Origin: Candidatus Margulisiibacteriota bacterium
GTDB lineage: Bacteria; Margulisbacteria; Riflemargulisbacteria; GWF2-39-127
Assembly (NCBI GenBank): GCA_003242895.1
Contig: QKMY01000023.1
Location: 1,982-65,981, forward strand
DNA: 64,000 bases
Reading direction: 5' to 3'
The notes below the pieces were generated by a model that saw only the letters and a program-made list of their open reading frames with translations, ran no database searches and was not told the origin of the DNA. The position numbers and the translations under genes were made by a program. This document shows, in pieces, positions 37,869-47,525 of this stretch (the stretch's first letter is position 1; every line of letters starts with the position of its first letter).

Positions 37869-40017
37869 AGTTAGAATAGGAATCGATGTCGGGGGGACTT
37901 TTACTCATGCAGCGGCTCTCACTGCGGATCGGTTCGCTCTCATTGCTCAATCGAAAGTTCCGACAACTCACGATGCCAAGGAAGGCGTGGCGCTTGGCAT
38001 AATTCATGCACTTCGGGAACTCATGGAATTGGGCAACATTAATCCGGACCAGATTTCTTGCATTGCCCATTCGACGACACAAGCTACTAATGCCTTATTG
38101 GAGGGCGATGTTAGTCCAGTTGGAATTATAGCTGTAGGCTGCGGCATTGAGGGTAAAATGGTAAGGGCTGAGACTATCCTTCAGCCAATTGAACTTGCGC
38201 CGGGACGTTTTTTGACCAGCTATCACAAATATATAGAGCTTGAAAAGGGCGCTCAAGTTGATCCTTTGACATTAGCAACAGCTATCGAAGAATTGAAACA
38301 AAACGGTGTAGCAGCAATTGTGGCAGTTACTGCTTTTAGTGTTGATAATCCGGTAATTGAAAACGAGATTGCAGAAATAGCACGGGAACACGGGTTGCCG
38401 GCTACTGCGACGCATGAAATTTCTTCCCTTTATGGGCTTACAGCCCGAACCCGTACTGCGGCTATTAATGCAGCGATTATGCCAAAAATGATCTATACCG
38501 CAGATATGACCAAACTCGCAGCGCTCTCCATGAACATCCATGCGCCATTAGTTGTGATGCGTTCTGATGGTGGTGCTATGAATATTGAAGAAATGAAGAA
38601 GCGGCCGATTCTGACGCTTCTTTCCGGACCAGCCGCGGGTGTTGCCGCTGCGTTGATGGCAGCCAAGATCGCGGATGGCATATTTCTGGAAGTCGGAGGT
38701 ACTTCTACTGACATTTCCTGTATTATTAATGGTCATCCGTCAATCAAAATGGCACGCATCGGAGATCACAAAATTTATCTTAATACTATAGACATTCGAA
38801 CAATTGGTGTCGCCGGTGGATCGTTAGCAGCGATAAAGGATAGCAAAATTGTTGGTGTTGGGCCCAGAAGTGCTCATATTGCAGGATTAAAGTACAGCGC
38901 TTTTGCCGGGCACGATAAAACTTTTGATACATCCGTCCCGAAGCTTATTTCCTTGAAATCCGATAGTTGTCAGTACCTTGCACTGGAGCATCCTGAGGAT
39001 AGGTCTCAGTGGACAGTGACAACCACGTGTGCGGCGAATCAGCTTGATCTGGTCCCAAAAGGTGATTATGCCGAAGGGAATAAAGAACTCGTAAATTCTG
39101 CCTTTAAAAAATTTTCTGATTTCCTGGGAACGGAGTCTCCCAATGCGCTTGCATCAGAAATTATGGAAATAGGGGCTGCTCCGATTATTGATACCGTAAC
39201 AGAAATTATCAGAGAGAAAAAACTTGAGATTTCACGATTAGCTCTGGTTGGTGGCGGTGGCGGTGCGAGTGTATGGATTAATTATATCGGGGGGAAAATA
39301 GGCTGCCAGTCGACGCTTGTTGAGAATGCACCTGTAATTTCTGCGATAGGTGCTGCGATGGCCCTACTACAGGAAACTGTCGAACGGACAATTATTGATC
39401 CGTGTCCGCAGGATTTCATAGATATTAGAGAAAAGGCTGAGACTTCGTTGATTCGTGGTGGCGCTAACCCGGAATCAATTGAGGTTAGGGTCGAGGTTGA
39501 TTCCCAGCGGGGCGTTTTGCGTGCTACGGCTGTTGGTTCTTTGCATATGGTCGTGCAAGAAGAGACGCTATCAGAAACCGAGCTGCTGTTGCGCGCGGAA
39601 AAGATCCTTAATGTATCGAAAGAAGATGTCGCATTAGTTGCGATGACTTCCAACTTTATTGTTTTTCAAGGTAAAATAATCAAGAAGCAATTTTGGGGCC
39701 TGATTAAGAAGCATCAGGAGCCTTGGACGGTTTTAGATCTGAGAGGACGAGTCAGAATGGGGGCTGCCCATGGTAAGATTCTCATCCTCAAATCGGGTCA
39801 ATTGGCGGCAAAACTCAGCGAGAGTGTCAATGAATATTCGATCTATGGGGATGGCGGACAGATACTTCCTTCGGTTTTTTTAGTAACGAATAGCCGGACT
39901 GTCGACCTTTCAGGTCTTGTAAGCGTTGAACAAATGATTTCTATTTGCCAGGAGGAACAGAAGCGATTAAGTGATGATGATAATGTTGTTCTTGCCATAA
40001 ATATAGATAATAGATAA
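37858..40017 (+). CDS. hydantoinase/oxoprolinase (HyuA) family protein
   Basis: The N-terminal IGIDVGGTFTH is the ASKHA-type Hydant_A_N signature. Length is 719 aa. It overlaps the upstream gene by 11 nt. Confidence 0.65.
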   Translation: MLNKVRIGIDVGGTFTHAAALTADRFALIAQSKVPTTHDAKEGVALGIIHALRELMELGNINPDQISCIAHSTTQATNALLEGDVSPVGIIAVGCGIEGKMVRAETILQPIELAPGRFLTSYHKYIELEKGAQVDPLTLATAIEELKQNGVAAIVAVTAFSVDNPVIENEIAEIAREHGLPATATHEISSLYGLTARTRTAAINAAIMPKMIYTADMTKLAALSMNIHAPLVVMRSDGGAMNIEEMKKRPILTLLSGPAAGVAAALMAAKIADGIFLEVGGTSTDISCIINGHPSIKMARIGDHKIYLNTIDIRTIGVAGGSLAAIKDSKIVGVGPRSAHIAGLKYSAFAGHDKTFDTSVPKLISLKSDSCQYLALEHPEDRSQWTVTTTCAANQLDLVPKGDYAEGNKELVNSAFKKFSDFLGTESPNALASEIMEIGAAPIIDTVTEIIREKKLEISRLALVGGGGGASVWINYIGGKIGCQSTLVENAPVISAIGAAMALLQETVERTIIDPCPQDFIDIREKAETSLIRGGANPESIEVRVEVDSQRGVLRATAVGSLHMVVQEETLSETELLLRAEKILNVSKEDVALVAMTSNFIVFQGKIIKKQFWGLIKKHQEPWTVLDLRGRVRMGAAHGKILILKSGQLAAKLSESVNEYSIYGDGGQILPSVFLVTNSRTVDLSGLVSVEQMISICQEEQKRLSDDDNVVLAINIDNR

Positions 40018-40117
40018 GTTCATCTTTTTTGAATATTTTTTGATGAAGAAACAAGAAGTAATTTGAAAAGAACTATTTAAGTTTTATTAATTAATAATAC
40101 AAACATAGGAGAAATTG

Positions 40118-40792
40118 ATGGGTAGGTTAACCGAAGTGTTGAAACAAAAAGGTTTTGTTATCGTTGTCAGTTTGCCAAGAAATGATAAAGACCTGGCAAA
40201 AGCGGCGTTTGAGTGTGGTGCAGATGCAATTAAGGTCCATATTAATGTCGAGCATAAGGCAAGCGGTACACGCTTCGGGAGTTGGTCGGAAGAAAAAGAG
40301 ACTATCCTCGATATAATTGCTTCCGTTGACTGTCCAGTCGGCTTGATGCCGGGAGCGACGATAACTCCTACTTACTATGAATTACAGGAAGCTTCAGATT
40401 GCGGTGTCGATTTTATTGATATATATGACTATGACATGCCGTTGTGGATGCTGTCCTTACAGAAGATAGGCAAAATGATTGCTGTCGGCAGCAATTATAC
40501 CTTGAATGATGTGAGATCACTAGAAGAAATCGGTGCTGATTTTATCGAAGCGTCAATCGTACCGTCGACATCGTACCGCCAACCGTTAACAGTAAAAGAT
40601 CTCGAAATATATTACACGATGACCCAGTCAACTTCGAAGCCAATTCTTGTGCCCAGCCAGAAAAAACTTGAACCGGCAGATGTCCCTTTGTTTAAAGAAA
40701 TAGGCATAAAAGGGTTGATACTGGGTACAATTTCTCTGGGAGATTCACCGCAGAGCTTCAGGGAAAGGCTTCCGCTATTTATTAATGGCTAA
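40118..40792 (+). CDS. TIM-barrel protein, possibly NanE-like (ManNAc-6-P epimerase-like) fold
   Basis: A 224-aa protein with weak resemblance to NanE (GFVIVVSLP...GADAIKVHI). An AGGAGAA RBS is present. The family assignment is tentative. Confidence 0.4.
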   Translation: MGRLTEVLKQKGFVIVVSLPRNDKDLAKAAFECGADAIKVHINVEHKASGTRFGSWSEEKETILDIIASVDCPVGLMPGATITPTYYELQEASDCGVDFIDIYDYDMPLWMLSLQKIGKMIAVGSNYTLNDVRSLEEIGADFIEASIVPSTSYRQPLTVKDLEIYYTMTQSTSKPILVPSQKKLEPADVPLFKEIGIKGLILGTISLGDSPQSFRERLPLFING

Positions 40793-42158
40793 GGTACTTG
40801 GGTTCATACCTCTCGACGATCGACCGGTTTCCCTGCAACAGTCAGTGATGCTTGCACAGATGGCTGGATATGAGGTGATGTTGCCGCCAATTCAGCTTCT
40901 TGGCCATAGAATGATAAGCGGTAATCCTGATGCAATTCTAAAGTGGTTCTTCGAAAATGTTTCCTCTGTAGATGGTTGGGTGATTTCTTTGGATATGTTG
41001 GCGTACGGGGGACTGGTAGCTTCTCGAGAGATAACTGAGGATCTGGCGTTAATACTTTTAAGATTACAGCGCTTAGCTTTGATTAAAATAGCCTATCCGA
41101 CCATTCCATTATACGCTTTTCAGTCTATCCGCAGACTTTCTACCACAGTTAAATCTTCTGATGATCTTGAAAAATGGGAAATTAGTCATAGAACCGGAGT
41201 CCTCAGTGACCTGCGTACGAGGAATCATAAGGTTAACCTGTATAGTCTGGAACAGTTATCGAAAAAAATATTTGATTTTGTTTTGCTATTGCAGGAAGAT
41301 GCTAATCTTGACGGTCCTCATCAGGAAGAACACAAAATATTGCAAGAATATATTAAGGAAAAAGGAATTTCTCAAAATACGTGCATAACAACTGGAACCG
41401 ATGAAGGATCTGCTGTCCTTATGTCTCGGTTAATGTGCGATTTAAGTAAAATAAAACCAAAGGTGTATGTTCTTTTTTCTTCTGAAAATGGCTCTCGCCG
41501 AGTTGCATTGTACGAAGACAGATGTATATGTGATACTGTGCGCGGGCAGATCAGAGCTATTGGTTGTGATACTTGTCTTGACCTGGAATCGGCCGATTTT
41601 GTTCTCGCTGTTTGGTGTCCGGATCATCCGGGGATCGACCTTATGTTCTCGAAGCCTTTTATGCCCAATGAACAGGATATCTCTGTATTTTTAGATAAAA
41701 TAAACATTTTAATTGAAGAGAAATACCCTCTTGTTATTGCTGATCTCGCATACTCTAATGGCTCTGATAAGGATTTTTGCGACAAATTATCAACACATAT
41801 CGAGATCTCCGGTTTGGCAGGCTATGCGGCTTGGAATACTGCAGCAAATAGTGTCGGGCATGCTCTGGCTCAGGGAGTACTTTCATTGAATAATAAAAGA
41901 TTTCTTGCTTTGAGGTTTTTGGAAGATTGGGGGTATCAGTCTGAGATTAGACCGGTGCTCAATGAGGTTCTTAAGACCAATGGCTATGATATTTGGAATT
42001 TAACTCCTGAACAGGTTAATTCAGCTGAGGATTTTTTGAACAAGGCAATGCGGGAATGGCAGCGAAAAAAGTTAGGTAATCAATTTGGAGCGGAATTATC
42101 AAACATTCGGTTTAACCTTCCTTGGCAACGAACATTTGAAGTGGAAGTTACGATATGA
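40785..42158 (+). CDS. hypothetical protein, resembles the DUF4127 family
   Basis: A 457-aa protein whose N-terminus LGFIPLDDRP recalls DUF4127 N-termini (from memory, unverified). It overlaps the upstream gene by 8 nt. Confidence 0.45.
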   Translation: MAKVLGFIPLDDRPVSLQQSVMLAQMAGYEVMLPPIQLLGHRMISGNPDAILKWFFENVSSVDGWVISLDMLAYGGLVASREITEDLALILLRLQRLALIKIAYPTIPLYAFQSIRRLSTTVKSSDDLEKWEISHRTGVLSDLRTRNHKVNLYSLEQLSKKIFDFVLLLQEDANLDGPHQEEHKILQEYIKEKGISQNTCITTGTDEGSAVLMSRLMCDLSKIKPKVYVLFSSENGSRRVALYEDRCICDTVRGQIRAIGCDTCLDLESADFVLAVWCPDHPGIDLMFSKPFMPNEQDISVFLDKINILIEEKYPLVIADLAYSNGSDKDFCDKLSTHIEISGLAGYAAWNTAANSVGHALAQGVLSLNNKRFLALRFLEDWGYQSEIRPVLNEVLKTNGYDIWNLTPEQVNSAEDFLNKAMREWQRKKLGNQFGAELSNIRFNLPWQRTFEVEVTI

Positions 42159-43510
42159 TCAATGATTATGAATGTGATGTATTAGTTTGTGGCGCTGGTT
42201 CCGCTGGTTGTTGCGCCGCGATTGCTGCTGCCAGAAATGGCGTCTCGACAATAGTTGTAGAAGAATCAGACATAATTGGCGGGACTATCGTGCAGAGCTT
42301 GGTATATCCGTTAATGACTTTTCATGCGGCACCAAATCTTCAAGTTATCAAGGGAATTCCCGAAGAAATAGTTGGAACGGCTGTACGTGAAGGTAGTCAG
42401 GGTCATATTCCTGATCCGCTAGGATGTGCGCCGACAATTACAATGATTGAACCGGAACAATTCAGTTCTTGTGTCTACCAAAAAATGATGCAGGCCGGGG
42501 TTATCATTATTAATAATACGAAAGTTGTCAATATAATTCGCGATGAGCAAGCAATTATTGGAGTTATCGCCCATACTGATGATAATCAAATAGTATCTAT
42601 TAACGCTAAAGTGGTTATTGACGCTACAGGAGATGCCGATATTGCATGCCTGGCTGGGGTTCCATACGTATATGGCCGTATTTCTGACAATAAGACACAG
42701 CCTATGACGCTGATCTTTACGATGAGAAACGTTAATAATAATGTTGTGCGACAATATATCAAAGATAATCCTACTGAATTTGTTTTGAGTCATGAAGCCA
42801 GGAACAATATTGTGGAAGTTCCGTATTTAGCCGTGTCAGGTTTTTTTCGACTGGTCCGGGAAGCACAGCAAAAAGAGGGACTGGTTTCTTTCCGAGACCG
42901 TGTTTTGTATTTCGAAACAGCACAAAAAGGTGAAGTTTCTGTAAACATGACACGTATATTTGATATGGACGGATCGAATGAAAATGAGGTTGAAAAGGCG
43001 AGGGGAACTGCTTTATTGCAAGTTCAAGAATGTTACAGGCTATTCAAACACTATATTCCAGGTTTCGAAGATGCATATATTCATACTATTGCTCCTAAAA
43101 TCGGAGTTAGGGAAACGAGGCATATAGTTGGAAAATATACCTTGTCAGCACAAGATGTGTTGTCTGGCAGGAAATTCGATGATGGTGTAGCTTGCGGTGC
43201 CTTCCCGATTGACATCCACTCTCCCGACGGTTCAGCTATAAACATGCAAAAGATGCCTCAGGGCACATATTATACAATTCCCTATCGGTGTTTAATTCCT
43301 GAAAATATTGAATCATTAATTGTCGCTGGGAGGTCTATTTCAGCAACTCATGAAGCCAGTGCTTCCGCACGGTTGGCTCCTACATGTATGGCGCTAGGGG
43401 AAGCTGCCGGAACTGCTGCTGCTGTTTCTGTAAGGAAAAATACCAGGATTTCTCTATTGGACTCAAGCGAAATACGACAAGAACTTATTGGTCAGGGAGT
43501 CTTCTTGTAA
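42155..43510 (+). CDS. FAD-dependent oxidoreductase (glycan-associated PF12831-like family)
   Basis: Has the N-terminal dinucleotide-binding motif CDVLVCGAGSAGCCAAIAAARNG. The start overlaps the upstream stop (ATGA). Confidence 0.7.
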   Translation: MINDYECDVLVCGAGSAGCCAAIAAARNGVSTIVVEESDIIGGTIVQSLVYPLMTFHAAPNLQVIKGIPEEIVGTAVREGSQGHIPDPLGCAPTITMIEPEQFSSCVYQKMMQAGVIIINNTKVVNIIRDEQAIIGVIAHTDDNQIVSINAKVVIDATGDADIACLAGVPYVYGRISDNKTQPMTLIFTMRNVNNNVVRQYIKDNPTEFVLSHEARNNIVEVPYLAVSGFFRLVREAQQKEGLVSFRDRVLYFETAQKGEVSVNMTRIFDMDGSNENEVEKARGTALLQVQECYRLFKHYIPGFEDAYIHTIAPKIGVRETRHIVGKYTLSAQDVLSGRKFDDGVACGAFPIDIHSPDGSAINMQKMPQGTYYTIPYRCLIPENIESLIVAGRSISATHEASASARLAPTCMALGEAAGTAAAVSVRKNTRISLLDSSEIRQELIGQGVFL

Positions 43511-43551
43511 TTTCTTCGAGTCCGTTATCGTATTTCGTTCGATATATTACT

Positions 43552-44202
43552 ATGAGAGTATTTAACCTTAAAATTATCGCAGCACCTATAGAGAGCATCC
43601 GCGTTAAGTTTAATGATAGTGTTCAAGCTATTTCCCCTGATTCTTTTGAGGAAATATTCGGTATAAAATACACAAATAATCTGCATATTGATCCGGATAT
43701 AATTGATATTCACAACGTTGAATTTGCGAATATGAGTGTGACTGATAGGTTGGCTCTAATTTTAAACTATCTTAGAAATAGAAAGTATTATTATTTTATT
43801 GATAAGGGAATTACTGCAAATGTATATATTTCCTATATAAATGAAAGAATTGGATACGGATTATTTGCAGACGAGGATATCAAAAAAAATTCCTGGATCG
43901 GAGAGTATTCAGGTCGACTGCATTTGGCAAATGGAAAGAGAGAAGAGTCTGAATATGGGTGGCTCTATCCAACAATGAAAAACAATATCTTTACAATTGA
44001 AGCATCGAAGTATGGCAACTATACCCGATATGTTAACCATTCTTTTAAGCCGAATGTTGTCGCCAGAAGCATCTATTTTAAGGACTATTGGCACTTTGGC
44101 TACGTAGCAATTAAAGCTATTTCTAAAAATGAACAGCTATTAGTCAATTATGGAGATTTTTACTGGGAACGCCGGCTCGACACTCCGGAGATGACTTCTT
44201 AG
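43552..44202 (+). CDS. SET domain protein (putative protein-lysine methyltransferase)
   Basis: SET signatures are present: RYVNHSFKPNV (the NHSC motif region) and LLVNYGDFYW (the ELxxDY region). About 216 aa from the ATG at 43552. Confidence 0.65.
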   Translation: MRVFNLKIIAAPIESIRVKFNDSVQAISPDSFEEIFGIKYTNNLHIDPDIIDIHNVEFANMSVTDRLALILNYLRNRKYYYFIDKGITANVYISYINERIGYGLFADEDIKKNSWIGEYSGRLHLANGKREESEYGWLYPTMKNNIFTIEASKYGNYTRYVNHSFKPNVVARSIYFKDYWHFGYVAIKAISKNEQLLVNYGDFYWERRLDTPEMTS

Positions 44203-44308
44203 TATAGCTATTTTTGTAATTATTTTGCCGAATTATGATGCAAATAGTTACTCTTTAGAAATATTTACAAAAATATTTTCATAAACTGATGTATTTGTAA
44301 TCAGATAC

Positions 44309-44785
44309 TTACGCCGCAGCTAGTCCATGTTCTTCTGCTTTTTCTTTTTTTTCAACAAATTTTTTGCCGATTAAATAAATTTTTTGGTTACTTAATATAT
44401 TGAGCGCGATCTCGAAGAGCCTGTTTTCTTCAACTTGCATATGTCTCTCAATAATATTTTTTAATACCAGGAGTTTTGCTTTCCAACTATCGCTATCGAC
44501 AGGTTTAATATCAAGCTCATTTAACAATATATCCGCGATATGGTGTTCTTCAAGGGATTTAAGTACTTCAAAATATGACATGTGATTGTCTATAAAGGCA
44601 GAATAGAACTCTTTTTCTTCTAATCGCATGTGTAGCAGCAACTGCCTTTGAAGTTTGGAGAACGCCTCTTGCCTGGCTTTCCAGGCTAGCTCGTTCAGGC
44701 CTGTTAGGTTTGCTAGTGTTCTTCTGATTTCTTGATGATCTTTTCGAAGAAGCTCGAAGATGTTAGCTTTGTCTTTTTCTATCAT
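44309..44785 (-). CDS. hemerythrin HHE cation-binding domain protein
   Basis: Repeated H/E ligand motifs are present (LLRKDHQEIRR, HMRLEEKEFY, EEHHIADIL, HMQVEENRLF). Start taken at the ATG at 44785, which has an AAAGGAG RBS. Confidence 0.7.
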   Translation of the reverse strand: MIEKDKANIFELLRKDHQEIRRTLANLTGLNELAWKARQEAFSKLQRQLLLHMRLEEKEFYSAFIDNHMSYFEVLKSLEEHHIADILLNELDIKPVDSDSWKAKLLVLKNIIERHMQVEENRLFEIALNILSNQKIYLIGKKFVEKKEKAEEHGLAAA

Positions 44786-44946
44786 TGGTTTTTCTCCTTT
44801 TTGGTAGTTTTTGGATTGATATTGTCTAGAACTATTCTTGAGAATTCTATTCCCAAAAAATATCTCGTCAAGCATAGATTAATATCTTATCTGCAAAGCT
44901 ACTGCAATTATAGGGTAATAACTAGCTGATTATAATAGAAATATTG

Positions 44947-44975
44947 TTAACATTATTAGTTTTTATTGGTATACT
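44947..44975 (+). promoter_or_regulatory. sigma70-like promoter (TTAACA-17nt-TATACT)
   Basis: The hexamer spacing is optimal. It lies about 35 nt upstream of a small ORF with a GGAGG RBS. Confidence 0.4.
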
Positions 44976-45011
44976 AGTAGTAACCAAAACTTTATAGAGG
45001 AGGGTCCGCAC

Positions 45012-45116
45012 GTGGCTAAATCAATGGATACCAAAAAAGAAGATAAGAAGAAACCTGCTAAAACCGTTAAAGAAAAAAAACAGGCAAAGCTAGAGAAAAA
45101 GAAATCGAAATCGTAA
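45012..45116 (+). CDS. small lysine-rich basic peptide (about 34 aa), hypothetical
   Basis: A GGAGG RBS lies 10 nt before a GTG (MAKSMDTKKEDKKKPAKTVKEKKQAKLEKKKSKS). It is followed by a strong terminator and was not in the ORF track (<60 aa). Confidence 0.35.
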   Translation: MAKSMDTKKEDKKKPAKTVKEKKQAKLEKKKSKS

Positions 45117-45150
45117 TAGAATTAGATCTGGGAAATAATTATAAAAAAAA

Positions 45151-45182
45151 GTAGGAGAATGATTTATTCTCCTACTTTTTTT
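45151..45182. terminator. rho-independent bidirectional terminator
   Basis: The hairpin GTAGGAGAA-tgattta-TTCTCCTAC is flanked by an A8 run upstream and a T7 run downstream. Confidence 0.7.
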
Positions 45183-45194
45183 AGAGCCACATTT

Positions 45195-45581
45195 CTAAGC
45201 GATAGAGCTGGTTTTTGTTAAAGCGTGTGTGTCAACTTTAGAAGTGTTGTCATTAAAAACGGCTTGAGACTGCTGAATAAGGGACATTCCTTGGGCAGCC
45301 GCAGCATCATTCCCTACGGATTTTTCAAGGGTTTTCATGAAGTCCTCAAGGGTCATGCCACTTTTTTCTGCTTTGTCGAGGGCTGCTAATAAATTATCTA
45401 ATTTCTGGGCTAACTGTGGGTTTACTTTTCTGATTTCTTCAATTATAGATCCAATGGCAGCTTTTGCTTCGCTTATGCTGGAGAAGTTTTTAAGAAAGTC
45501 TTTTATATCATTTAGCGAATCGAGTTTTATTTGTCCGGCTTGTTGGTTGTCCAGCCCTTTTAGTCCTTCTATTTTTGTCAT
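45195..45581 (-). CDS. hypothetical helical protein (last gene of the motAB operon)
   Basis: A 128-aa protein with a GGAGG RBS and no recognisable family. Confidence 0.5.
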   Translation of the reverse strand: MTKIEGLKGLDNQQAGQIKLDSLNDIKDFLKNFSSISEAKAAIGSIIEEIRKVNPQLAQKLDNLLAALDKAEKSGMTLEDFMKTLEKSVGNDAAAAQGMSLIQQSQAVFNDNTSKVDTHALTKTSSIA

Positions 45582-45722
45582 CGATATCCTCCTTTGTCAT
45601 TGCCAGTAACAATTGTTACGTGCTTTCGTTATGCGTAATCAAACTTCTAATAGTAATATCGTGGATCTGTGCTTATTTCTTGTATTGAAATTTGTTGGTA
45701 TATTCTATAGTTAACCAGGTAA

Positions 45723-46511
45723 TTAATGTCCAGGTTTTGAAGTATGCGAAGTTTCTGCTTTTGTTGCTTGGTTATTGGTCTTGCCGCTGGTTTCTTCTGA
45801 TTTTTTTTCATCAAAGAATATAACATTGATTTCGATTCTGCGATTCTTAGCTCGATTAATGTTTGTATCATTTCCCGCCAGTGGTTTGTATTCTCCATAC
45901 CCGGTTCCAGAAAGCCTGTCCGGGGGGATGTTCTCCACTTTCTGCAGATATTTAATTATACTGTAGGCTCGTGAAAATGAGAGTTCCCAATTTGAGTCAT
46001 ATTCTTTATTATGAATAGGAACATTGTCGGTATGTCCTTCGACAAAAATAGGGTTCGGGATTGGCTTAAGTATTGAAGCGACTTCTTTTAAGATTTTTTT
46101 AGCCTGAGGGTTTAACTCAGCTTTGCCGGTTTTGAAAATAACCGGATCAGTAAAAACAATTCGTATTTTTTTCTCTTCTATTATGATATGGACGTAATTT
46201 TTTAGTTGTTGCTCGATTATTACTTTTTCAACTTTTTTAGCAATTTCGGCTTTTTTGGAATCTACTTGCGGCATACTAGGTGTTTGTGCTTTTTTTAGTT
46301 CATCTTTGAGCACTTTTGCGGCTTTTTTATCTACTCTTTCAAGAAAGCCTGTGCGAATCTCTTGTAACACAACCGACATATTCGTCTCTTCTTTGCTATT
46401 TGTAGCAAATATAAATAGTACTAGAAAAAATGCAAATAAGTTGGTCATCAAGTCAGCGTAAGAGGTAATCCAGCCTTCTTCAGCCTCTTCATGATGTTTT
46501 TTTCTCCCCAT
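45723..46511 (-). CDS. motB: flagellar motor stator protein MotB (OmpA-like peptidoglycan-binding)
   Basis: The N-terminal motif W..SYADLMT.LFAFF.VLF and the C-terminal OmpA-like domain are present. Confidence 0.8.
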   Translation of the reverse strand: MGRKKHHEEAEEGWITSYADLMTNLFAFFLVLFIFATNSKEETNMSVVLQEIRTGFLERVDKKAAKVLKDELKKAQTPSMPQVDSKKAEIAKKVEKVIIEQQLKNYVHIIIEEKKIRIVFTDPVIFKTGKAELNPQAKKILKEVASILKPIPNPIFVEGHTDNVPIHNKEYDSNWELSFSRAYSIIKYLQKVENIPPDRLSGTGYGEYKPLAGNDTNINRAKNRRIEINVIFFDEKKSEETSGKTNNQATKAETSHTSKPGH

Positions 46512-46513
46512 GG

Positions 46514-47326
46514 TTATTTCTTGCCTTTGTATTTATTGAGTTTTTGCTTGTCGCTTAAAAAACCTAGAAGGTATTTTTCTACTTTAATAGGTAGTTCTTT
46601 CTTTTGAATGAAAATTATTCCTTCGGCTATCATGGTTTTTGTTAACATTTCGTCATCATTCATGATTCTTAGCTTTATAGCAACTGGAGTAAATATTAAA
46701 CCGTTAGCTGCCGCACCGTATAGTGAAGCAATTAATCCCAAAGCCATCGCAGGACCAATCGCGCTGGGGTCATTCATGTTCCTAAGTACCATAACAATAC
46801 CGATAATTGTACCTAGAATACCAAGCATCGGAGCTATTGCCCCCATGTTTTTTACAATTGAAATAAATTTCAGGTGGCGGCTATCCATTTGATCCATATC
46901 ATTGGTTAATGCCGATCGTATGAATTCTGTATCCATGTTATCCACGATCATGTTTAATCCATGGATCATGAATGGATCTTTCAGTTTGTTAACTTCTTCG
47001 GCTAGAGCAATTTTCCCACCTGATTGGTTTATTTTGGCTATATTTACTAATGACGTAATAATAGCCTCCGGTTTTTGTGTTTTTGGTGGAATGACCAGAA
47101 AGCTAAAGACGCGTGCCAGGCTTTTTAATGTTTTAATGTCACTGCCAAGTATAGTAGCTACCAAACAGCCGCCAAATACGACTAGAAATGCTTTTATGTC
47201 TGCGTAGCTGTGTGGATCATGAAATATTTCCGGGGTACCAAAATATATAACGCCCATAAAACATAGTATTGCTAAGAACAATGATATATTCAAAGAATTA
47301 ACCTCCGTCTGAGTAGTTGATAGCAA
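46514..47326 (-). CDS. motA: MotA/TolQ/ExbB-family proton channel, probable flagellar stator MotA
   Basis: A 270-aa protein with 4 TM helices and the MotA C-terminal pattern (GAIAPMLGILGTIIGIV). It lies directly upstream of motB. Confidence 0.75.
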   Translation of the reverse strand: MLSTTQTEVNSLNISLFLAILCFMGVIYFGTPEIFHDPHSYADIKAFLVVFGGCLVATILGSDIKTLKSLARVFSFLVIPPKTQKPEAIITSLVNIAKINQSGGKIALAEEVNKLKDPFMIHGLNMIVDNMDTEFIRSALTNDMDQMDSRHLKFISIVKNMGAIAPMLGILGTIIGIVMVLRNMNDPSAIGPAMALGLIASLYGAAANGLIFTPVAIKLRIMNDDEMLTKTMIAEGIIFIQKKELPIKVEKYLLGFLSDKQKLNKYKGKK

Positions 47327-47525
47327 TATTGCTAACTAAAATTTCTGAAAAGTATAAAAAGCTTTCGCTGCTTGTAATTGCCAATAATCAGTGAGCAGCG
47401 ATCGGCTGTTTATTTACTTCTATCAGTGGTCATGTTTTTGTTATCTTAAAAGTTGATTTATGAAGTATCTATATTTGAGCTTATAATTTTTTTTTTATGA
47501 AGTCAAGTTATTGTTGGTGTATGTA

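Noticed and set aside
47395-47440. GCCGAT string suggesting a sigma28 flagellar promoter upstream of motA
   Set aside because: The TAAA-to-GCCGATAA spacing is wrong (6 nt, not 15) and the -10 is incomplete.
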